Under the pieces are notes generated by a model that worked only from the letters and a program-made list of their open reading frames with translations, had not been told where the DNA came from and made no database searches. From contig NC_057719.1 of the NCBI RefSeq assembly GCF_004010195.1, positions 15,329,545 to 15,393,544 on the forward strand: DNA of 64,000 nucleotides, given 5' to 3'. The position numbers were made by a program, and so were the translations under genes. Shown here one piece after another: positions 1 through 12,087 of the stretch. Every line of letters starts with the position of its first letter. Positions within the stretch are counted from its first letter, which is position 1. The stretch comes from Chiloscyllium plagiosum (lineage: Eukaryota).

Positions 1-236
1 GGCAACTTTTTCACACAGAAGGTGGTATGTGTATGGAATGAGCTGCCAGAGGATGTGGTGGAGGCTGGTACAATTGCAACATTTAAAAGTCATTTGGATG
101 GGTATATGAATAGGGAGGGTTTGGAGGAATATGGGCCAGGTGCTGGCAGATGGGACTAGATTAGGTTGGGACATCTGGTCGGCATCGACGGGTTGGAACA
201 AAGGGTCTGTTTCCATGCTGTACATCTCTATGACTC
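1..236 (+). mobile_element. CR1 LINE 3' end
   Basis: WNELPE..V..FK..LDGYMNREGLEEYG C-terminus, 3' UTR and TCTATGACTCT tail. Confidence 0.85.
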
Positions 237-2179
237 TAGATGCTGCTAATCTGAAGGAGTTTCTCCTGCAATTTCTGTTTTTGTTTGTTTCAGATTCCAG
301 GATCTGCAGTTCTTTGATTTATGTTATGTAATGCTGAATGTCAAATTTAGTTCAACAAGCCAAATGACCTACTCCTGCTCCCATTTTCAGTTTCTAAAGT
401 GAACCACAAAATAAAAGCTACACCATTCAGGGATAATATCACAAAACACATGCAAATTGCCAGAGATACCTGGAATATATTCCCCAAAAAATCATCGAGG
501 TTAGGTTAATTTAAAAATGTCAGAATATGATTAGTAGATTTTTGTTGGAAAACAGTAATTATGGACACAGAGAAAACTGAGGTGGGATACAAATCAGCTA
601 GGCTCGAACACAATGGCAGAACAAGCCCCAAAGGACAAAATGATCTATCCCTGTTCTTATATTCCTCATCCAATTCATTTTGCTAAGAAGGGAGCACTTC
701 CTTATGTACTTTTTCTGCAGCTAGGTCTGGACCTCCTTTATTAAACTCAGAACACTCAAAGTGCTGTACATTTTTAAATACAATGGCATGCCACTTGGCA
801 TGCAACTAGGAAACTGTAGCCTAATGCTGTCGCTAGAATCATTATAAACAATTGACATATTTTCAATCTTACTTTAAAACCAGTCAATCCAAATAGCTCA
901 TCTAGCTAGCCATTTTCAGTACACTGCTCAGTAAAAACACTGTAGCTTCATGCCACCTTGGCTGCCTCAGAATGCTGTTACAGATAGACTTTGATTTCAA
1001 TGTATATTAACTGTATGCTTGGCAAATACCGTAACTAAAAATGCCAACAAAACAATTCAAAAATCTGGCTCTCAATCTTTTTGAAATGAGTACATTTATC
1101 CCAGAAAATTCCCAAACATATTGTCCCATCAAAAAGCAGTTGCGTTTGCACCCTAATGCAAGGACACTGGTGAATGCAAGAAATAACACTGTAAATGTGC
1201 ATCACAAGCAGCCAACTGAGTTGTCCAGAGCACAGCTTCCTCCCTTTCAAAACTCAAACCAAGTGAAATTTGATTATTTAACATCCCAACTTCTTGTAAC
1301 TGCAGCATTGTCCAATAATTATAGCACAAGATAACCAGAGGCAACATCTTGCTTTTGTCCGTAGCATATTCAAATACAAATCATTGTTTGCTCTTTTCAC
1401 AAAAATAGCAAAATAAAACTCAACATGCCAACCTCTCCATAATTAGACCACTTAAATTTATAATTCCATGCCTTTTTAAATAAAAGTAATCAAAACAAAT
1501 CAACTCAAATCATCAAGCTGAGCCACAAGTTCTCAGCTGTAACAAGTATCACATCAGTCTCAAAACATTAACTGCTGTTATTTACTTATTCCTTATGTTG
1601 TGAACCATTATTCATGTTCTTATGATCCCAGCTGGCACCAAACTAGACAAATCAGACACCAGAATGAAATCTGGCTTGATAGATTGTAAATTTTAGATTT
1701 GCAGTTGGTTTTCATGCTCGTTACTGATAACCTCATGTCTACATTCAGTCAACGTTCTTTAACACAAGAACTCAAAGATTATTACATAAAAAAATCAAGA
1801 TATATACAAGACAGTTTAGAGAGATACTAATATCACAACAAAAAAACCCTGCTTTCCTGCAAATATCCTGTAAAAACTCAAATCGAGTCTTTCTAGTTGT
1901 GAAGGCCGAGATTATTTTTCAGTTCTGATCGCCTTGAAATATCTTTTCAGTTCTGCCGGCCTAAACCTCTTTTTATATCCTATATCTTGAAAACTTCTTC
2001 ACGTACTGTCATAACTTGAAAACTACACAAATAATTTGTCTTTGTCCCAGGTGAAACTCTACTTATGAACTTAAAACCTGATCTACTATGGTCTCCAGTC
2101 CATTTTCTCTAAAATGTCATAAAATATAATGTGAAAACACTTCAATTAGTTCCATAGGCATGCTGCTCAGTACTTACAT

Positions 2180-3230
2180 GGAGTCATACAACACAGAAAT
2201 AGACTCTTCGGTCCAACTTGTCCATGATGACCAAATATTCCAATCTGACCTAGTGCCGTTTGCCAGCATTTGGCCCATATCCCTCTAAACCCTCCCTATT
2301 CATATAACCATTCAGGTGCCTTTTAAAATGCTGTAATTGAACCTGCTTCTACCACTTTCTCTGGTGGTTCATTCCATACATGCATTAGCTGGTGTATGAA
2401 ATACACCCACTGAATGCAACTTTACCAAAATCTCAGTGAACTATAATGACTTTGGCCTCAAACTAATATTTACATTCTTAGAAATACAAGCTGCACATTT
2501 TAAACGTAATTAAAAATCCAAATTCCCAAACCTTGACAACAATATTGGCCTGATATTATTTCCCATTTAGATAACAGTCACTATTACAATGTGCCAGCTC
2601 ATCTAGATTCATAGAGATATACAGCACGAACAGACACTTCAGTCCAACTCCCTCATGCCAACCTGATATCCTAAATAAATCTAATCCCTTTGCCAGCATT
2701 TGGCCCAGTTTCCTCTAAACCCTTCCTATTCATGTACGCATCAAGATGTTTTTTAAATGTTGTAATTACATCAGCCTTCACCACTTCCTTCAGCAGCTCA
2801 TTCCATACATGCACTACACTGTGTGAAAAAATTTCTCCCCTTAGGACTCTTAAATCTTTCCCTTCTCATCTTAAACCTATACCCTCTAGTTTTGGACTCC
2901 CCCAGCCCGTGGAAAAGATATTGTCTATTTACCCTATCCATGCCCTTCATGATTTTAAAAACATCTATAAGATCACCCCTCAGCCTCCGACACTCCAGGA
3001 AAAATAGTCTCAGCTTATTCAGCTTCTATCTAAGCTCAAACTCTCCAACACTGGCAACATACTTGTAAATCTTTTCTGAATCCTTTTAAGTTTCACAACA
3101 TCCTTCCTGCAGCAGGGAGGCCAGATTTGCATGCAGTATTCCCATAGCAGCCTAACCAATCTTCTGCACAGCAGCAACATGACATCCCAACTCCTATATT
3201 TAATGCACTGACCAATAAAGGCAAGCATAT
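2180..3230 (-). mobile_element. Two CR1 3' fragments (about 2180-2400 and 2605-3230)
   Basis: Reverse-complement CR1 3' UTRs; ORF 3019-3228 (LAFIGQCIKYRSWDVML..KRFTSMLP). Confidence 0.8.
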
Positions 3231-3341
3231 CTGACTCCTTCTGCTAATCTAATGATTAACTCACTCAAATTTGTTCTATTCTTATTCATGCATACCTTGT
3301 AAAAATGAGAGAATCTGGATGAAGGAGTCTTCGAGACTTAC

Positions 3342-3486
3342 CATCAAACAATATCTTATATTGGAGAAGATTATTAGCATTGATCCATTCTTTACTCTGT
3401 TTCTGTCCAAGGTTCTTCCACCTCAGTTCCCAGGCCAACACCCAAAGACAAAAGGTGAGCAGGAAAGTCAAAATGCAGCGGTCCAT
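3342..3486 (-). CDS. AREL1: First coding part (exon 2) of the gene divergent from FCF1, probably AREL1 (HECT E3 ligase): MDRCILTFLLTFCLWVLAWELRWKNLGQKQSKEWINANNLLQYKILFD, then a phase-1 intron
   Basis: On the minus strand, a polypyrimidine/CAG acceptor (exon starts 3671), ATG at 3486 and a consensus ATG|GTAAGT donor after 3342. The peptide is hydrophobic then W-x-x-x-x-x-L-x-x-Y-x-x-x-F, which looks protein-like. Identity rests on AREL1 being head-to-head with FCF1 in vertebrates; no HECT or filamin exons are in the window. Confidence 0.62.
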
Positions 3487-3671
3487 CAGGCCATCATAAA
3501 TGAGTACAATAGTATACTGCAACCCTGAGTTTCAGAATACAGTTAAATACAGAGTTTCTCACACCTCTTTGTTGCGTTTGCTAACAATAGCTGTGATTCC
3601 AGGCTGAACAATACAAAGAATAAGAGCATCTGTCAGCAGTTCATGGCTTTAATTTCAGTGTTCAAGCTGTT
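3487..3671 (-). other. 5' UTR part of putative AREL1 exon 2, containing uORFs
   Basis: Acceptor gtgttttctttttcgcag| before 3671; upstream ATGs at 3644, 3629, 3497 and 3494. Confidence 0.55.
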
Positions 3672-4239
3672 CTGCGAAAAAGAAAACACAATTTGAGAAA
3701 AATTAAGCTAAATAAATAATTTTAGAATATCTATGATTTCTTCACTACAAAACTTGAAATTTGGTGGTGCACATCCCAGTAGAAAATGTTGACAAAATAG
3801 AGTCTGCTCAATATACATGACAGCTCATTGGCAATAAGTCATGAGCAGCTTACATCAAAATTTTGAAGAAGCATTTACAACAACCAAGCTGCAGCACTGA
3901 AGAGCTTCAAAAGGAAAATCTGCCCTGATTACATCTTCCAAACTACAGAGTAGTGAGTTCAAACTTTAACTAAACCATTTCCAGTTCTATTTATAAAAAT
4001 AAATATTTTTAAAAAGGAGTTAAATTTGAGAAGTGCACTATTCTGCAATATTTCCCTTTGAAAAGTTGACCTAAATAGACATTTCACTGATCAGATAAAT
4101 TCTTTCCTGACTGATCATAACAGCAACACAAAATTAGTTCATACACATTCAATCTAGCTCCCCATAAGCCTGAAACATCAACAAAAAAAACTATGTTGAA
4201 TTTGTTTAATGCAAAGGTAACATCACCAGAGTTCTGCTG

Positions 4240-4395
4240 AACCATCAGGCTCCTCTCATCAAAGAGGGTTGATGACAGTTTAACCAGAGGGTCACGACAC
4301 CTCAGGTGAGGGGAGAGTTTGAGACGGGTTCTTTTTGATAACTTCAGCCAATATGTCTGGACGGAACCCACATTCCTCTTGTCACTCTGCATAAC
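4240..4395 (-). mobile_element. Degenerate SINE-like repeat; related copies at about 43510-43700(+) and 51112-51295(+)
   Basis: Shared core GACCCTC(A/T)GGTTAA..CAC..C.AG..ATC.CTCT..AATGAGA; B-box-like GGTTCAATTC in the plus copies. Confidence 0.55.
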
Positions 4396-5144
4396 ATTCA
4401 AGCTTAAATTCTTAGATCTATCTAATCCTATTGTTTTTTGCCAGTGTGCGAAAAGCAAAGTAAATAAAACCGAGTGAACAAGAAGCTTTCATTCTTTTAA
4501 GATTTATAATTACCCAGTGGCTCTGCATTTTTGACCATTAAATAAATTATTTGGGAACAGGGCTAGTTTGAGTTTTTTTTTTAAAGGTTTAATAGGTTTT
4601 CAACTTCCCTTTACCAAAAAAGGAACCCTATAGATACATAAAATACTTGCATTCTCAACGAGGAAACTGAGTACAACAATTAATATTCCGCTCCAGAAAC
4701 GTCCATTCAGTTCAACTGTTCTTCAGGATGTTTCGTAATTGTCGCTAAATTTGCAGCATTTCGTTGCTAAAGGATTACACCTGATCCTTTTTAGTTCATC
4801 CATCCGATTCTGCTAATATCCACCCAAATTCCCATCAATCTGATTGTTGAATTAACCCATAAAGTTCTAAAACAGTATCATAAAATCAATCAAAGGAGGC
4901 GATCAAGCCACCTCTTCGGGAAAGCTGTCCCTCGCAAATACTCCGCTATTTTGACATTCGTGAGAAAGAGAGGAAGGTAACTATTGTTAAATAAGGAAGA
5001 TCATCTTCACGATTGAAAAAAGAAACAAACTCCAGCCAGCAGCTGACACAAAACAGCAGTTTTGCGAGAGTTTCGACCTTCCCTTAACTTGTTACGGTGA
5101 GCGTTTGATTGAGATTCAGTACCACGCCTATGCCAGACACTAAC

Positions 5145-5215
5145 CTGTGCCCTCCACCTCAGCTGGTCCTCCCTCTTCATCTTGTTTCTAGGGACCCTGT
5201 AGCAACCGGAAGCTG
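5145..5215 (-). other. Putative AREL1 exon 1 (5' boundary approximate); a second copy has its donor after 5337
   Basis: CACAG|GTTAGT donor on the minus strand (intron starts 5144) inside a CpG-rich promoter, divergent from FCF1 exon 1. Confidence 0.55.
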
Positions 5216-5494
5216 GAAGATGCCGGTCGCTACGCTGATGACGTCTCTGGCCGGCGCTTACCGATGACGCGTTCATCCACCCGGAGCATCGAGGAAGACA
5301 ACATGGTAACGATGGGGAGGAGCGGTCTCGACTAACCTGTGCCCTCCACCTCAGCTGGTCCTCCCTCTTCATCTTGTTTCTAGGGACCCTGTAGCAACCG
5401 GAAACTGGAAGATGCCGGTCGCTACGCTGATGACGTCTCTGGCCGGCGCTTACCGATGACGCGATCATCCACCCGGAGCATCGAGGAAGACAAC

Positions 5495-5497
5495 ATG
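5495..5497 (+). CDS. FCF1: FCF1 exon 1 coding part (ATG only); an equivalent ATG|GT is at 5303-5305 in the first repeat copy
   Basis: GACAACATG|GTAAC. Exon 2 begins in phase 0 with GKAKKTRKY, so one upstream Met is required. Which copy is used cannot be decided from sequence. Confidence 0.75.
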
Positions 5498-6742
5498 GTA
5501 ACGATGGGGAGGAGCGGTCTCGGCCGTCCGTGTGGGAAATGCCTTTCGTTTCGTGGATATTTTGTCGGCAGGGAGAGCGGTTTTTGTTTCGAGCCGTCGA
5601 ACGGTTCCGGCGCTGAGAGAGGCCACTTGGCTCGTCGCGAGCTGTCTCGCCCAATCTCCCGTCCCCCTCTGAAAGAGGGTCACTGAACTCTCTCCACAGA
5701 GGCCGCCAAGGCTGCTGAGCTTCTCCAGCAATTTCTCTTTCCTCCCCAGCGTTTGGTCAGTGGCCCTGCGGCTAACCGTGTTTGAGGTGCATCTCCATGG
5801 CTCCTTTGGAATGGGTTGAGGATTTCTGCCTCCATTCGCTATCACCTTTTGGGTGAAACCTTTTTTTCTCATCTGTCCTCGGATTTGTCTATCAATCACT
5901 TTAAATCTGCGCCTCCCACCCCTCCCCAAGACACCGAACTCTCTGCTGAGTTTAATAGGCCGTACCCATCCATCTGAGCTCAGGCTACTCTATCTCTTTC
6001 CCCTGTCTCTAGGATGACTAACTCTTATTTTTGAGGGGAGGATTTCATTCCCTATCTTCAGGGTGATCAGATTGACGATCAGATGGGAGTGAGTTGGTCT
6101 CATTTCCCTCTCTCCAGCATGAGCAACTCTTGGGGTGAGATTTGAGTGAAATAACAAATATCTTGACTAAGCTACAAAAAGCACAAGGATGTCAGAAATC
6201 CAACTGTTTTAGGAGGAAATGCTATGAAATGCAGGACAACAAAATAAAAACGATCCTGTAAAATATGGGACGGTTGGTGACCCTACTCTTCCACATAGTA
6301 ATTCCATCAGAATAAAATCTCAAATTGTTGGCTTCGCCCACTCTCGGTTTGTGTTAAACATTCTGTGCCTCATTTAAGATGGTTGCAGTCCAAATAAAAT
6401 GGAGAATATTTCTACTGGAAATATTTTGGAAAGCTAATACTTTTTGCATCAGGTGCTATGGATATCTGAAGAAATATATCAGGGTCAAAAATCAAAGGGC
6501 ATCAATTTCAGTTCATTGGTGAAAAATATATTCATGGATGTTCTATGGAGCATCCTTATTCTAACTATGTAACTACAATTCAAAGTTAAGCTTACAGTTA
6601 GCACATTGTTCATAAGGAGACAAATTGAGATGTGCAATTGACTTGTTAATTTTATTCTTGTGCTTTGATATTTGGCTGTTGACATTATTACTGTTTGCAT
6701 GTGCAATTTGGGCCTTTTTAAAATTTCATTTTGTTTTTTCAG

Positions 6743-6810
6743 GGAAAAGCAAAGAAAACTAGAAAATATGCAGTCATGAAGCGAATGATTAGTTTGCGAG
6801 ATTCGCGAAT
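6743..6810 (+). CDS. FCF1: FCF1 exon 2 (GKAKKTRKYAVMKRMISLRDSR)
   Basis: ttttttcag| ... |gtaagt; matches the FCF1/Utp24 N-terminus; 68 nt. Confidence 0.95.
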
Positions 6811-7955
6811 GTAAGTTTTTTTCAATTAAGGCTAGAGGAGACTTAAAAGGATTGACTAACCTAATGTTTGCTATTTTTCTGGTGCTCTGTTGTATTGCTC
6901 TTTTTAAATATTCTTTCATGGGATGTAACTGTTGCTGGCAAGGACAGCATTTTATTGCCCATTCCTTATTACCGTTGGACTGAGTGACTTTCAAGAACAT
7001 TTCAAGTCAACCAAATTGCTGTAATTCTGGAGTAACAGATAGGCAGATCAGGTAAAGATGGCAGATTTTCTTCCCTAAATGATAATAGTGAACCAGATTG
7101 GTTTTTACAAAAAAAGTTTCACAATCGTTAACACAAACTTTAAATTTCAGGTTTTGTTACTTGAATTTAATTCATCGGTTGTTTTGATAGCAATTCAATC
7201 CATGTCCCCAATGTATTTGGTGAGAATCCAAAATACCAGTCCATTGACATTATTACTATTCCACTCGACCTGAAAAGTAGTGGTGTCATCAGAAGTAGTC
7301 TAAACACTTAGTATTCTCTTAAAATTTGTTGCCATATGAACGGGAAGAGCTTTTTATACTCTTTCAGTTTCTATGAAAATTATTACAGGTATTGTATTTC
7401 TTAAAATTGCTGGCAAAATGACAAGGTACTATCCTTGTTTTGACCCCTGCTTTAAGTCACAAAATGCAAGTCACAGCTTTCCTCTATTCAGAGCAGAAAA
7501 GTCTCATCTTAATCCTCCATCCATTCCAAGTTGTTGGATCTTGTTAGGGACAGTAATAAGATCCCTGCAATTTGTCTTGATCCGTTGAAAGAGGGAAAAT
7601 TATTTTAGATTGCTGATCCTTGAACTAAGTAGTTGGATAGGGAAAGGGGGATATTGATTAAGCTGTAATGACCTTGTAAGCAAGTAACGATTGGACATTC
7701 CCTGTCAAGTTTCTTACATGAATATCAGTTACTTGTGTTTGATGATAATCAATGGCTGGTGCCCGTGAAACTACTGTAAGCACTTTTGTGAAAAGGTTGA
7801 CGGAGTGTTTCGAACTTTGAGGTTTTTAAGAGATTTCTTGCTTTCAACTGATGGCAGTTGATACAGACTGTGAATTCAGCTCCTTCATACTACTAGTCAT
7901 TATTTCCCTGAGGAATTGTTTTAATATATAAGGTATATCATTTGTCTTTTTCCAG

Positions 7956-8027
7956 AAATGAAAAAGACAGAGCAAAACCACAGAAGAAAGTGAAGGATGA
8001 TCCCAGTGCTCTGAAAATCAAAGAAGT
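7956..8027 (+). CDS. FCF1: FCF1 exon 3 (INEKDRAKPQKKVKDDPSALKIKE)
   Basis: ttttccag| ... |gtatgt; frame continuous; 72 nt. Confidence 0.93.
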
Positions 8028-8919
8028 GTATGTATGGAACTCAGCTTTACAGATTATATGTTTAAATTAGCAGTTTATATTGTTAAAAATGAATGAATAT
8101 GAGGAATGGAATGTATCTGTGCTGTCTGTTGCAAACAGCAATGAGCACTCTCTGCACTTGTCAAAGTAAAGCTTGCTTATCAAAATTTTCACTTTATAAT
8201 GATTATTAATTCATTTCACTACTTAGGGATTCATTGCTGAATAACTGCAGTAGTACATTGAATCATCAACATTCTGCATCAAGGACTTTGGGCAATATTT
8301 GGTCATTCTTGATCGCTTCTTAGGCAGTCCCTCGAGATCAAGGGTGGCTTTCTTCCACTTAGGAGCTGTGGGTCCAGAAGTGACTAAACAATGCATTGTT
8401 GGATGCCTGAGAGAGTTTAACTTCGCCTGATGCCAACTGTTAAGTTGGGGTGGTCTAGGGCAAGAGATTCCCATGAAAGTGTTGCGTAATTGATCAGTCA
8501 GGAGAGTGGCACGCATGGGAACTCATTTCAAAGTTTGGACCTCCAAAACAAGCTGCTGAGAAACCAGATCACTTCAGAATTACGTTTGCCTGCTTTACAA
8601 CCACTGCCCATCAAAATAAATACCCCATCCCCTATTTGGCAGTTGTAACATAGGGTAATCAGCTACAACTGTGCAGTCTAACAACAAGCAACTTTGGCAG
8701 GCATCCTATTCCTTTTCTAGTTAGGAGTTAGTACCTCTGCTTAGTTTGCAGTGCTATCCACATCCCAGCACCTAATGACTAAACTGCACCTTTAAGTTCA
8801 ATGAGTTTTTATTCTTTATCCATCTTTACACCAAATATGTTGGAATTATGATAGGTACCTTCCCTACGCATCCAAGGCTCTGATCACACTACCTAGCTTC
8901 AAGCTCTTGTTCCAAATTA

Positions 8920-9422
8920 GCGAGTTTTGAGAAGATTTGTAGCTCAGGTTGAGGTTCTGGATATAAGTTTGCTTGTTGAGCTGAAATATTTTCAGACATT
9001 TGTCACCATACTAGGTAACATCATCAGCGGGCCTCCGGTGAAGCACTGGTGTTATGTCCTGCTTTCTATTTGTGTATAGGTTTCCTTGGGCTGGTGATGT
9101 CATTTGCGGTGTTGATGTTACTTCCTGTTCTTTTTCTCAGGGGATGGTCAAGGGGTCCAAGTCGATGTGTTTGTTGATAGTTGTAGTTGGAATGCCATGC
9201 TTCCAGGAATTCTTGTGCATGTCTCTGCTTGGTTTGTCCTAGGATGGATGTGTTGTCCCAGTCAAAGTGGTGTTCTTCCTCATCTGTACGCAAGGACACT
9301 AGTGATAGTGGGTCATGTGTTTTTGTGGTTTATTTGATGTTCATGTATCCTGGTGGCTAATTATCTGCCTGTTTGTCCAATGTAGTGTTTGATACAGTTC
9401 TTGCAAGGTGTTTTATAAATGC
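8920..9422 (-). mobile_element. Penelope-like element 3' fragment (GIY-YIG C-terminus plus pseudo-LTR)
   Basis: ORF 9066-9299 HHFDWDNTSILGQTKQRHAQEFLEAWHS; same family as 30955-31792. Confidence 0.75.
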
Positions 9423-9976
9423 CGTAAATAACTATCTTGTTTCAAATCTCAGGACCCCTTCAGTTATGTAATGGATGCTTGCCTTTCGCATGGTAGGCAA
9501 ACCTACATGGAAGCTTGCCACATCATGACTTGTGTTGGTCACATACTGCACATCAGGCTTATTCCTTACCAGCTGATTGATTCAAATTATCATCTGAATA
9601 ATTTTGACAAGGAATTTGATAGAAAAATGAAGTGATGCCTTCTTAATAACAAAAATAGAAAGAAGAAAGAGTACAAAATAGGGTGGAATTTTCTGTTGAC
9701 CAAAAGATTGTGTGTTGCATGGTGGGCTAGCAGCATCTGGTAACAGGCTAGCAGCATCTGGTACTGCATAATATGGTATTAGCTAAGTGGGAATTCTGAG
9801 AACCTGAAAATGTTCACACTGTTCATTCATAGATAAATATATCTACAAAACATTTTTAAACATTCCTTGTTTACTTGCAAAATTTAGCAAATGTGATAAT
9901 CTTATTTAAGTAAAAAACATTAAAAATAACATTTAATCATTTGAGAAATTACAGACTTTTCTTGTTACTTTCTTAG

Positions 9977-10125
9977 GGTCAAGTATCCTTCTTGCCTGTT
10001 TTTCCAATATAACACACAGCTGGGCCCTCCCTATTATATCCTAGTTGACACCAATTTCATCAACTTCTCCATCAAGACTAAGCTGGACATCGTTCAATCG
10101 ATGATGGACTGCTTGTATGCCAAGT
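9977..10125 (+). CDS. FCF1: FCF1 exon 4 ([50 protein letters not shown]), start of the PIN domain
   Basis: ttcttag| ... |gtgagt; conserved LVDTNF PIN motif; 149 nt. Confidence 0.97.
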
Positions 10126-10979
10126 GTGAGTGCTTGTCAGTCACCTAGTATGTAATATAATTATTTATGTATCTGTTCTGTTATCTTTCCTTTATGCTGG
10201 ATATTATTTTGATTTGATTTGTTACTGTCACATGTACCGAGGTATGGTGAAAAGTGTTGTCAATGTACTGTACAGGCAGATTGTACTATATAAGTGCGTT
10301 AGAGTAACAGCTGCCAAGAAGATGCAGAATGAGATCAACGTTAACCTTACAAAGGTACATTCAAAAGTCTGATAAAGTGGTTTAGAGTGAGGATATCAAT
10401 TTTGTTTTCTTCCCTTATCAATACTCTAACCTACCTGACCTTTGCTAACTTCAAGTGCCTCTACCAGTTTGGAGAAAGTGACTATGCCTTGAATGCCTTT
10501 TCCTGTGGGCATTTCTCATCTCTGTCCTAAGATGGAACTCTGGCAAAGAACAGTGCACTGTAGAATCAGTAGTGTTAGAGTTTGGGATTTTAGTTGAGCT
10601 TGTATTACTATCTATGGGATCAGTTGCAGGACACAGTTGCAGATACAGGAGAATGCTGCATTTATTGTTTACCCTGTCAGCATGTTTTGAATTTTTTTTT
10701 CTTTGTCTTTTTTCTATTACAATGAAGTGCTTTCAGTGACAAGAGCATTTCTGCAGAATTCATAGATTAAAACAAGGGGTCAACAATGTAGCTCCTCCTC
10801 CGCCAGTGTTGACTGTCAGCACAGCTTCGGACAGCTGCACTGTTGTCTTTGACATCCTAATGCTCTTGCTGCCCAAATATTTCTGCTTTGTACAGCTTAG
10901 TTGATCTTGAATCTACAGACTGAGTATTTTCACACAGGCAAAATTCAATGTCAACAACTGTCTGTATGTGTAATTGGTG

Positions 10980-11920
10980 TCAGGGTTAACATTGGATAGA
11001 AGATTGGCAAGCTAACAGGAAGCAGAAAATGGGGCAAACGAGTCACTTTGTTATATCTTACAACAATGTAACAAATGGTGTGCCACAGGGATCAGTGCTC
11101 AATCTTTAACATTTTGAAATTTAAATAAAGGGACGGCTACTAGATTTACTGATAACACAAATAGGAAAGGAAGTTTCTAAATTTAAATATAAAATCTTGT
11201 GTAACTGGTGAGAGATTACAGAGCTCTAAAGTGCAAAGGGATCTGGATGTCCTAGTGCATGAGTTGCAAAAGCTTAACATGCAAGTAGATCAAGAGTTTT
11301 GCAAAGCCAATGGAATATCATCACGTATTGCAAGGGGAATTGAATACAAACATTGGAAGATTATGCTTCGGCCATATGAGTGGCATCACATCTTGAGCAC
11401 TGTGTACAGTTTATTGGTCTCTTTTTATTTAAGGAAACATGTAAGTGCTTTGAAAAGTCAGAAAAGGTTTACTAGACTAATACCTCGAATAGATGGGTTG
11501 TCTTCTGAGGAAAGGTTGAACAGACTAGGCTTATATTCACTGGAGTTTAAAAGAATAAAAGGCGACTTGACTGAAACATAAATGATCATGAGGGATCTTG
11601 ACAGGGTGTATGTGAAAGAATGTTTCCTCGTGGGAAAATCTCTAGAACTAGATATTGCTAATTAAAAATAAGAAATTGCTCATTTAAGACAAGCATGATG
11701 AAAAATTATTTCTTATAGACGTTCATAAGTCTTTGGAATGCTCTTCCTCAAATGATAATGGAAGTGGAGTTACTAAATACTTCTAAGGCAGAGAGAGATT
11801 CAATATAAGGTGAAAGGTTAATGGGATATGCAGGAATGTCAAGTAATAATATCAGCTGGTGATCTTATTGAATGGCAGGGCATGTTCAAGGAGCTGGGTG
11901 ACCTACAGCTGCTCTTTGTT
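10980..11920 (+). mobile_element. Degenerate CR1 RT fragment
   Basis: GVPQGSVL motif; ORF 11231-11581 (RDLDVLVH..EERLNRLGLYSLE). Confidence 0.8.
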
Positions 11921-12087
11921 TCTATATCTGCTCAGTTTTTTTTGCATGAAGGAGATGAACTAGCGGAATTTCAAAATGTTACATTCACATTAGTGGAATT
12001 TGATGATGGGGCGAAATCTCAGAGACATCCTTAGCTGCAAGGTAACTTTTTTAAATGCTAGAGGGTAATGCAGGTTATCAACTACCC

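Larger units (their letters stand above)
5139..5522. repeat. Tandem duplication, 2 x 192 bp (5139-5330, 5331-5522)
   Basis: Direct comparison by eye shows two substitutions (CCGGAAG/CCGGAAA; GCGTTCATCC/GCGATCATCC). Confidence 0.95.
5090..5700. promoter_or_regulatory. CpG-rich bidirectional promoter of FCF1 and the divergent gene
   Basis: Local CpG enrichment in otherwise CpG-poor DNA; ETS-like ACCGGAAG (5206-5213); CRE/ATF-like TGACGTC and TGACGCG; oppositely oriented splice donors. Confidence 0.8.

Noticed and set aside
1007-1347. Cluster of short ORFs as a candidate next AREL1 exon
   Set aside because: No recognisable AREL1 peptide and no convincing phase-compatible acceptor/donor pair.
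5456-5497. In-frame upstream ATG giving FCF1 a 13-aa extension
   Set aside because: The ATG lies inside a CRE-like promoter motif, probably at or upstream of the TSS; the conserved FCF1 length (198 aa) is met without it.
5007-5654. 215-aa minus-strand ORF with an internal 64-aa repeat
   Set aside because: By-product of the GC-rich promoter and the 192-bp (multiple of 3) duplication; it runs through splice donors and resembles no protein I recognise.
7739-7851. Possible intronic C/D box snoRNA (TTGATGA ... CTGA) in FCF1 intron 2
   Set aside because: Imperfect C box, no clear terminal stem and no rRNA-complementary guide that I can identify; needs snoscan/Infernal.
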